DNA of 58,881 nucleotides, filler included, from Sphacelaria rigidula (taxonomy: Eukaryota), in the NCBI GenBank assembly GCA_964200075.2. It is 6 parts of 6 records of this genome, joined end to end, with 100 filler letters (N's around TTAATTAATTAA, not from the genome) between each part and the next. Parts side by side here need not be neighbours in the genome. Positions count along the whole stretch, not along the records: positions 49,154 to 58,881 come from CAXNAA020007882.1; 5 more parts are not named here. The stretch is one strand, 5' to 3'. Below, piece after piece: positions 49,154 to 58,881 of the stretch (the stretch's first letter is position 1; every line of letters starts with the position of its first letter). Both the position numbers and the translations under genes were made by a program. The notes beneath the pieces are model-generated. The model searched no databases, had not been told where the DNA came from, and saw nothing but the letters and a program-made list of their open reading frames with translations.

Positions 49154-52100
49154 GGTTTTGGGGGGGAGCTATCGTACAAAGTGTCGGGGGGGGGGAGGGG
49201 GGGGGCTTCAGATCTGCTAAGGAAAGCACACACTACATCGACAGAAAAGGGAAATAAAAGAAAAGACCAAAAAAGAAAAGACAGATGACACGAAGGGATT
49301 CGCAAGGCCACCGGGCGGGGGGCAACTAGAAAAAAACCCTCAGGCACACTCATACATCACCACCACAGCTGTTCGGAGAAACCCCAGACGTATTAATGAG
49401 GGTACCTCCCGATGGACTAGTGGTTACTTCTTGAGGGTCCTCGGTAGGCACTGGGGGAGCTCTTGTGGTGGCACAGCAAAAAGTTCCATAGCGTGGCGTG
49501 CTTTTGTCCAGGTTGCCTTGTACATATTAGCCCCCTGCTCTACAACGCGGGACCATTCGGACACATCTTGAGCAACCTGCGTCCATGATGTCGCATTTAT
49601 CCCGAAGTACGAGCAGTAGTCCGAGATACCTTGTTTATGGGCGCCGTGCTGGTCGGCCTGCCCTCATCTTCCTACGAGTATATAGTACTGCTTCAATATT
49701 TTCGATAATTTTCAAGTACTACTGTTGTATTGATAAGTCACTTGGCATGACAACAACGGCGACGCGCCCAAAGCAGGTGGTAAGCAAAACACATATCTGC
49801 AGGAGTACACACAATGAAGCATAGACATGATGGAAGGGGAGTTTCAGTCTCTCCCTGGAGTAACTGTAGTACCATGTACTCTCAAGCATTCGGAGCAACA
49901 CTCTCGCCGTGATGCGGGGGTTGGCGCGGTTGTAGCCTCTCGTTTTCACCTTCTTTGTTTTCGCTGGCAGAATTCGTCACAGCTGTTGCACAAGATTTGA
50001 TCTCATGCGTATTATCGCGTACTATGAAAGGTGCCCCATCATCCCCCCCAGCTTCGTAAGGAAGTACTATCGGCTCCATTTGACGGCAAAAACAATCGCG
50101 CTGTGTGCAGTACCGCGAGATGATTCCGCTGTTTGATAACGGGAACTGTCAAAACTTGCCCAAGTGTGATCATCAGTAAACACTATCTTCTGCCTCACAG
50201 TCCCGTCCGTCCGCTCGATGCCTTGATCAAGCAATGACCTGGCAGCACGTTCGCACTGGGTTGAGCAACATAGATTGTGCGCTTTAACTTCCAGAGCCGA
50301 GTGAATTGAATTTTCACGCCATTGATCGAGTCGGACGAATGAAAGGAAAGCATAAGCGGGAGCCACGGCCTCGCAAGGCCGTCGGCAGGTACGAGTGTCC
50401 ATGATAACACTGTCTGAACTGCTGTGCTGTGCTGTGCTGTACAGTGTTCGGTTCCTTCGTGCCGTTACAGGTGTTGTGCGGGAGAATACGTGTCGTACAC
50501 CATACGTGCGAATAATGCAGTTCAATACAGTACTGCAGCCGGCACTAGCAGGTTCCCCGTCAGCATGGTAGCGAAACGTTCTGTACGATCATGCGTTGTG
50601 CGTTTGGTCCCTCGACACCGATATTGCGGTTGAATAGGAGGGCATTAATGGAGAGTCTTGCGTCTATGATTCCATCCGACGACCATGTACAGCTGCTGTT
50701 CTTGAAGCACCAATTTGTTGACATGAACGTGGCTGTCATGACCTTCGTAGCTGCTTCGCGGTGCGGCTCTACTGTGCGTTGCTGGTATCCGATTGCACAA
50801 GCGGCGAAATTGGATATGTCGGTTGTTGACCCTTTCGCTGGCAGTGTCAATTGAAAAACAGTGTTACTGTCAAACTCAGATACCCGTACACATCTGCGGG
50901 TGTTCGAGGGTCTACAATTGTGGGCTTAAATGAATGGATTCATTAACCCTTTGGGAACCCTCCCCTTCCGTTCCCGGGCCAGAGGCCTCATCATTTCAAG
51001 CCTTAACACAGAAGAAAATATGAGAGCAGAAAAGACCGACAGCAACCATTTTCACGGCGAAAGGCCACAAGGAAACCACCAGCACGCGTCATGCGCGCAC
51101 GAAAAATGTCACCCCGGTCCGGTCGGATTAGTTTGTCCAATGAGGGCACGCAACGGGTCAAGTGTGCTTACCTTTGTGCACACAGCTAAAATTAGCACTT
51201 GCATGCCTTAACTCTAAACAAACAAGAATCAGCACCACCTTTCTGTTTTCTATATACTGAGTCCCGTCCTGCACTTGGGCGCATTTTTATACGGGTCTGA
51301 AAAACACGCCTCGGACTCATTGTTTTGCGTAAAAGCTGTAAAATCTCAACTATATGTCGTTCAAAAAACGGCGGTGGGTTCATATGTACGGGTCAAATTA
51401 TACAACGCACTGTCTTATTTCAAGTAATTGATTAAAATTATCACCAGTCCCTCTACATTACGTAACGCATTTTATGACGCAAACTTGATTTTAATATAGA
51501 CTCCGTTACACTTGTGTGTACCGGCCTTCTGCAGCCCGCAGCCGCAGTACAGGCCCGTGCTACGAAGAGATGGTATCCAGGACAACCATAGCCCCATAAG
51601 TGGTGCGTTGTATTTCTGTATACAGGTTGGTGTACCCAAAGTTCGCTATGTACCCAACATTCGCTATGAGCGTCGTCGTGCCTGCGGTATGGTTATGGTA
51701 GCCGCGGTTCGCATTGCAGTCTCCACTTGCGCTTAGCTTGCGCCCCCTGAATCTTTCACGTCTTTGGATACGGGGCATGAGATAAGACGGTGCCACCGTC
51801 GTCGTTGTGGTTTGTTCCACGCTCCTGGACGGCGCAACCCCGAAAAAATGACTATATCGGCATCAATGCCGCTGGCTCCCCATTGTTGGCCATCGTGCTT
51901 TTGTTCGGGATGGCTCGTGTTGATCGGTGCTCTACAGACAGTACTCACACAATGTCCAGGGTTGGCGCATCTTGCGCTAAATATACAACAGTCCGCACCG
52001 CGACAGAAATTATTTAGAGATCCAATGGCGAAGACGACCAAGCACTCTACACACCGGGCATCATACAGCTAACGTAAGCATGTATCTCTCTCGCGTGTGT

Positions 52101-52479
52101 GATCCCGTGTGCTACAGCACCGCCCCGTTTCGAAAGTATACCGTAAGCTTGCTTCATGATAACATGGTACTTGTGAAAATGTCATCGATATACAGTACTG
52201 TCCTGGGCTGTAGCGAGCTGGCGGATGGAAATGAAGCCCACACCGGGCCTGGACGAAAAAACAAATGAACAATTCAATCTTGTTGACCTCTCTGCGGTAC
52301 ATTGGGCTTGAGTAGCGCACGTGTGTCCACCAACACAAGATTCCCGGGCTAAATCCGTTCAAGAATCATTGGAAACAACGAAACATAGCGGATGTCAGTT
52401 TGATTATTATATAGCGACCCGTGCCTATGAACTCGTGCCCAAGAAACAGCACCTCGAGATCCACACTTGTCCATCGTCA

Positions 52480-55400
52480 ATGCCAAAGGTGTTGAACGTC
52501 CTCGTAAAGAGGAAAAAGCACGGGATACCAGGCTCTTCTTGTATTGCTGCCCCTCTCGCCACGTTGCTTTGTACTTCACAGCGATCCTCAAGCCCTCCTG
52601 CAGGCCGCCGCTGGGACGGGCTTCATCGGCTTCTCAGCCTTCCAGTCCACGCCCCCATCGGTATCGCCGTCAGCGTCTCCTCCCGCGCCTTCGGGCGGCG
52701 ACAATGGCAGCGGCAGAAAGGGCCCTGGGCACTCGGGCAGCAGGGGACGGGATAGCAGCAAGCCCTTCAAAGCTTCTCCCGGAGCTCCACATAAAATGCT
52801 CGGCTCGGGTCAGGTGATAACACGTCGTGTGCACCGCTTGCTGCATGTTCATCGATACATGCTGCACAGCGCCATTTGCAAACGACCCTCGTGCATCGGG
52901 ATGCTTGATCGTGTCGCGCAGCAGCGCACTTTTCGTCTCACAATATGCGTGTTGACACGAAATCGTTGGTGGTAACAGACGGTGGCCAAATGCAGCAACG
53001 TTGATTTGCTGAAAGTATAGCACAGAGGCGCATCACCCGTCTCAGCTGCTGTTGTGTAGCTGCCTTTCACACTCATGTTTCACGTTCGTGCAAGGTACAC
53101 AATTTTCTCGCCTGTACCTTCCATGGGTCGATGCCTTTTTGTTGCGAGTGTTTACGCGCATGATGGGACGCACTCAACTTAGGTTCTGCTGTCCTCCTGG
53201 GCATACCAGGTGCTCCCCCCGCATTACTCGGGAGGCGATAGCGAGCTAGCGGTTGTGAGCAAAAGGCTGAACAAGCGCGATGTGACCACCAAGATTAAAG
53301 CACTGGCCGAGCTTCGGGAAATGTGCAGGTATATGTTTCCGTCGATATACAACTGTGTTGTCTTGGTCGCAATTTTGCGCAACGTACGTTTCTTTTTCTT
53401 ATTCTTTCTTCAGTGAGTGCTTCGGTTTTGTTGTCTCAGGTACGTCTATCGTGTGACCATGACTGGATCCCTGGCGGGTCAGTTACAGTGCGACAACCAA
53501 CCAATAAATCATCAATTAAGGTGGTTGGCGCAGCGTGCTTGAAGTCAGTCATCGATCATGCCAGCGACGTTCATTCGCTACATCAGTGGAAATGCGTATC
53601 GGGGCGGGGACTCGATGATCACCTATGGGAATCGCCCGAGCTCGTCTAGTGTGAGGAGTGGTATGTTTGTAGCGTAAAGTCGACGTGCATCTTCTTCGGA
53701 GTGCCGACACTGTTAGCTTCGATGCAAATCGCCGCCTCTGCCGCCGATGGCGCGCACCCGTAAACCTGCGTGTTGTACCCTCCACCTTCTTTTATCCCCA
53801 CGCACCGCTGTTGAAACCGGGCTTCACCTCACATGGACACTACATCGGACTGTCGGGCAACAAAAAGGCTAGTTACCCCCGATGCCAACAGCTCGCCTAA
53901 AATCGGGCCACCAAGTACTGTTTCAGCGCGAGCCTCTCAGAGTGAGCGTCAAGCGACGGTTACAGCAAGGGTAACGTCAGCGGAGGCCTTGGGAGGATTC
54001 GCCCCGCACTGGGTATTCTTGTACCACCGCCTTTCGACAGAGGGTTTTAGAAGGGTGAGTGGCGACGCTGGATGAAGGTGGATCACTTGACTGCCAACAG
54101 ATTATTTGTGTACTTTGCTTTTCGGGGAGCATGGGAAGGGGGAAGGGAAAGGCGTTCAGCGGATGGGATGATCGACGTGGTGACGGATGGTACTGTCGGA
54201 GGCACGGTGTGCACGGGACGTTTGGGTGCTGATGTATGCTGGTGCTGCCTTCTGTTTCTTCCGTTTATTTACCGTTTCCATTTATGTTGCCGTTCGACCC
54301 TGTGTCTATCACCGTTGCTGTAAGTCAGCACTTGGCGTGCTCACACAGGATTCCTCCGCCCCTTCGTTGTTTAGGTTCCTGTATGAGCCACGTACGAATA
54401 TCATTTTCCCGACATGATTCTGTTTCAATGCGGCCGCTCGCTTCCTGTCGTATAACATGCCTGGTTGTGCCGGGTGTTTCGTGTGGCAGACTCGAGAGGC
54501 CGCCAACACGACGCTACTATGCATGATGAAAGCCAACAGGAGGGCTTTCCAGCCGTTGCTTCGCTCCTTGATGGGGCCTTGGTGGTGCTCACAATCAGAC
54601 ACTGCCGCAGAGGTGAAGAGCCATACTCAAGTCATGACCATGTCCTTCCGCATTTGTTGAAGTATGACTTCAACCTTATAGCGTGCAATAGTGCTGTTTC
54701 TTGTTTGTTTTTCGACTGTTGTGAGTGGTCAGAGCTCTGAATAGAGTTGGTATGTCAACATTTCTAGTAATCTACGCACGCATGGCCTCAGAACAGGGGG
54801 GGAAAAGCACGAGGACGGCAGTTGTTCGAAGTCTAACCTCACCTCCTGTCCCATGTCATTCTATTCTGAAGCACCTTATGATACCACATCATTACAGCCA
54901 TGGAGCCGGCATTACCTCGACCCTCTCTTTTTCAGATCTCACTTGTCGTGTTGTCTGCACTGGCCAGCATTCGGCTCGGCCAACGCCCGTTTACTGAAAT
55001 GTCACGACTCGTTACGTATCTTGGTGAGGGTACCATGTACTCCGTACAGCTTCACTTGTCATAACCTCAACGCTGACCGCTAATGCACGCTTACTGAATA
55101 ATGCCGACATGGTGTGTCATTTCCCCACGCAGGTTGCGGCAGCCGCGAAGGAGGCGTTTGAGTCTGTTTTCCCGGAGGTGAAGCGGGTGGGGGTTCTTGG
55201 ACGCTGCAGCGGTGAGTGAAGCGGCCACGTTAAACGACACTAGCGTGGTCGAATCTACGCATAGGTGCATCCAGGTAAAACAGGAGCATGGTACACGGGT
55301 GAATCGACCAGTCGGCACCTAGACGGGATTACCACCGGTGTGATCTGCCGTCGCTTTGATTTCTTCAGGGGGGGTGTTGACGGCAGCTGTCGTCATGACC

Positions 55401-58400
55401 GCCTAACTGACCGTCAAACGTTTAATGGTCAAAACTTGAAGTAAGCATAAGCAACCAACAGGAGTTTCATGTGAACGTTTTTCATGGGCAGGAGGCGTAC
55501 TGCGGCACATCGGGGCCACACTGAAGCAAACCCCAGCAATGCTCGAGGAAACGTCCGGCTGCACCAAAGAAGAGGTGTGCCGAACAATTGTGCATGCTGC
55601 GATTAATATTGTCAAGATTCAGTCAAATTGTTGACATGGTACTTTTGCTCTGTTTGTAGGAGGATGCTTGTTGTAAAAGACCGTAACATTTAAATTGTCT
55701 TGGAAAAATGCTGGTTAACACGACCGATACTTATAAAAACCGCTGACTTCGTTGCCAAATGGTCACGCACATGGTCACCCCACCGTTGTGTGCACACAGT
55801 CGGACGTCGAACTGTTGGTGGATGATGGCGCATCCTGATGCCGTACGTGCTCCTTATCTACCGCCGCCATGTCATTTATCGCATGCTACTTATTTTCTTC
55901 CACGATATCACTTATCGTTTGCTACTTAGTTGATGCTGCGATGTCATTTATCGCACGTTTACCTCGATTTCGATGTTGCCTCATACTTGTCACGATAATC
56001 ATGCTGCTCCTCATCCTCTCACTTTCTATTTGCTCTGTTTCTCTGTTCACGCAATCGATTTGTCACGTTTTTTTGCAAGGCGACAAAGCGGTCAGAACGA
56101 CTGACGGTTTCGGCTCTCTCCGCCCTTGCCAACTTCATGGAGGTCGTCGATGCGGAGACTAACGACAAGCTAAGTCGCACTGGAGAGACTGGTGCCACGG
56201 ATGACGAGCAGCCCATCGATGATCACGATCAGGTAGACAACTTGTTTCCTCGAAGGTTTATTAAGTTGAAAACGTTCAATTTGCTGACCCGGAAGATAGT
56301 ACTCATTCTGTGACTGGGTGACAGCGCATGGGTTTTGTTTACGTCGGGAACCCATTCCAGCACTGGTCCTGCTCGTTAATCGTCCATGTTCTCCAATTCG
56401 GTATGAAATCGTGGCCGTTATACTGCAAGTATACATACTCCAATACAATCCTTGACAGTCACCGAAAGTCTCCGCTGTCCTTCCGCGCGCGCGCTTCGCA
56501 ACATGATGGACCGAATATGTGTTCCTACACCGTACCTAGTCGATGACGTACTGGAGCGTGGTGAACGAGGATCTGTGGCGGTTCCTGGAGGACCCTCGTG
56601 TGGTCGTTCGCCGGATGACATTTGCGCTTGTGTCGGCCTGTTGCCGCCAAGCACCGGGGCTGCTCCGCCCCACTCCCCCTCAATTGAGCGCCTCTAGCGC
56701 AGCAAGTGGTGAATCAGCAGGTGGACATGACAGTATTCCTGTTGCCGGGGTAAACCAAGGGTCTGAGGGGGAAGCGCAACACCAACGCCAACAACCGCAG
56801 GAACAGGGAATGATACGAGAGGGGGTCGAAGGAGATGGTGCCAAGACAGGGGGGAGTGAGAAGGGGGTCAAGCGTGGCGAGGTGCGGGTCAAGGTTTCGC
56901 GCGTAGCGACTCCGGGATTGCTGGTGAAGTTGCTGTTGGAGAAGGACGAGGGTAACCGGAGAGAGACGTGGCAAGCAGTGCTGCTGCTGATGAAGGAGTT
57001 CCAGGGTACCTGGAGGGCTGACAGAGGCGCCGAGGTGTGTTTGAATTTCTATGATCGGATACTGTAATACAAGTACGTGTGAGTGGTATCGTACGTTCAA
57101 CAATTCAACAACTCCTCGGCTTTCGGTGTCTTGTTGCCTACACTTGTCCTCAGACATCATGTTCCCCCAGAATCCCGGTTTCATGCACTGAATACGCAAG
57201 GTAGCCACCGCGGCTAGCGAAGATGTACGCAGCTCCCATGAATAGATACCGCCTGGCAGCTCGCCGTATTTTTCAGGTTCCGGTGCGACGCCGAAGCAAG
57301 AATGCCGTAGCCGTGGTTGACTTGCGATCCGCCAAAACTGAGTGCCCCTTTCGCGCTACTTGATATCGCGTCGTGATTATCGACGCAGAGAGTACTACCG
57401 ACGCTGTTAGTCCGCCTCCGGAAGGGCGCCTTTCTCTCCACCGCGGGCACTTGCTACCCCTGTCTCCTGCCCTTCCTGGCCTCCCTGCCTGTGGAAGCTC
57501 TTCTCGCACCAGCGGACACCAAGTTTGTACCTCAATCTTCCACTTCGACAGCACCACCTCATGGAGCGGTACCCTTTTGCATCCAGTTTTTGGAAGACCT
57601 CTGGGCGCCGATAGAGGCACTATTAGCTCCCGACGGCGGAATCCAGAGAGCGAACTGGCTGGTAGACGTGGCCTCGGCCGTGGTGGAATGCATCGCATTC
57701 TTGCTTTTAAAACTGCCGAGCCCGACCGCAACGACGCCGTCGTCGGTTGATACCACAATGGCTGAAAAGCCCCCTGACGGTGTTGATGTTGATCCCGCGC
57801 TGGTCTCTGCTGCAGCTGCTGAGGCCGCGGCATTCTTGGCACGCGCCATCCGCAGCTTCGCCTTGGCCTGCGAAGACGATTCTGGTGGCTCAGACATGAA
57901 GGGGCCATTGGCCATTTCTGTTGCACCGGATGGGCAGGAGGCTGAATCGTCGGCAGGCTCGAGGAAGCGGCTGCTGGGTACTGCGGAGCGATCGGCGATT
58001 GCTGGAGCGATTGGGAGAACCCTCGGCCAGTTGCACTTGGGTGCTCAGCGAGACGCTGGAGCGATGGGTGATGCGGCATTCGCTGCCGGGGTGTGGGCGG
58101 CGCTGTTGACGGAGGGTGTGAGGGCTTTCGGCCGGAGGTATGCTAAGCTGAGTTTGTTGCTGATATGATTTTCTTTTGCGAAATGTGATTTCGGATAGAT
58201 ACGGTCAAAAGCTTGCTTTCTTCCTCTTCAGCTGTCCGGCCTGGGGCACAGTTTGGTGTTGTCGGGGCGCGAGTCGCGTGTTCGATAATATCTCTCGGTT
58301 GTGTGTGACTTTTCGAGTATGGCTGCTGAACCCCCGGTGCCACCCGTTCTGCTCTTGGTGCGTCATAGGGGGCACGTTTCGCCTCAGCAAGTTGAGCTGT

Positions 58401-58621
58401 GCTGGATCGGGGAGGTCCTTGTGCACGCCGTAGAAGCTGTGAACGCAAAGTGCTTCAGCAGCAGTAGATCTACAGGAGGCGCGGAGACTGAATCAGGAGA
58501 AGCTGCGACTCCGACGAATTGCGGTGGGGTCTTCGATCTGTGTAGATCGCTTTTCCGGCACTGTGTCACCTGTATTGAAGACCCTGAAGGCCGGCGGGCG
58601 GGGGCAGAAGTGGATACCAAG
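52480..58621 (+). CDS. LTN1: E3 ubiquitin-protein ligase listerin (ribosome quality control), N-terminal part; 3' exons beyond window
   Basis: Hand-built exons 52480-52488, 52604-52813, 53210-53328, 53970-54054, 54490-54612, 55133-55211, 55492-55574, 56080-56232, 56540-57034, 57389-58137 and 58369-58621 are phase-consistent. The translation has listerin N-terminal motifs GFIGFSAF, DSELAVVSKRLNKRDVTTKIKALAEL, PHWVFLYHRLSTEGFRRTREA, LRSLMGPWWCSQSD..AEVAAAAKEAFESVFP and YPCLLPFLASLP. Confidence 0.9.
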
Positions 58622-58881
58622 GTAATATGGTACTTCATTTTCTATTCTTGTCAGTGCGACGAAATGTGCCCTTGTTCCGCTGTTCTGCCGGTATCGTGTG
58701 TGTCATGGATTCGGAAGGACGGTTTGAGCGTCAGCACCAACCGCCTGACGGATGGCCTGATTACTCTGTCCAGGGGCACGCGTAGGTAAAAGTGGCACAG
58801 TGTACAAACATGGGTAAGGCGGCGGCGGGGGTGTACTCATGATCATGCATGCCATAGTCATAAGACCATTGACCTCGCATC

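Noticed and set aside
49700..52072. Short ORFs upstream of LTN1 as a divergent gene, or MAKTTKHSTHRASYS as LTN1 exon 1
   Set aside because: No consistent exon chain or homology, and the MAKTTK frame stops at 52070-52072 before the donor.

Overview
This window is eukaryotic nuclear DNA, most likely from a brown alga or related ochrophyte. That assignment is inferred from an ASAF-type plastid presequence, long TE-filled GT-AG introns and the repeat families present. It is not one locus: six unrelated ~9.73 kb contigs (9732, 9732, 9731, 9730, 9728 and 9728 bp, size-sorted) are joined by artificial 100-bp N44-TTAATTAATTAA-N44 linkers. Five partial spliced genes can be built by hand: the last 3 exons of a KH-domain FUBP/KHSRP-like RNA-binding protein, PEX2 exon 1 head-to-head with exon 1 of a plastid-targeted phosphoglycerate mutase, the last 4 exons of a low-complexity unknown protein, and the first 11 exons of LTN1/listerin. 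The rest is repeat DNA: a 4.6-kb two-monomer satellite with higher-order (AB-ABB) organisation and two MITEs inserted at nearly the same monomer position; several MITE families (9-bp TSD foldback, 8-bp TSD, TA-TSD and TTAA/piggyBac-type); a decayed DIRS/Ngaro-type tyrosine-recombinase retroelement; weak Ty3/gypsy, Tc1 and PIF1-like relics; long hairpins; and a short 28S rRNA fragment. I found no CRISPR array and no clearly supported novel multi-gene system. The best leads are the higher-order satellite with its insertion hotspot and a ~410-bp hairpin whose mismatches are biased toward G-U pairing on one strand.
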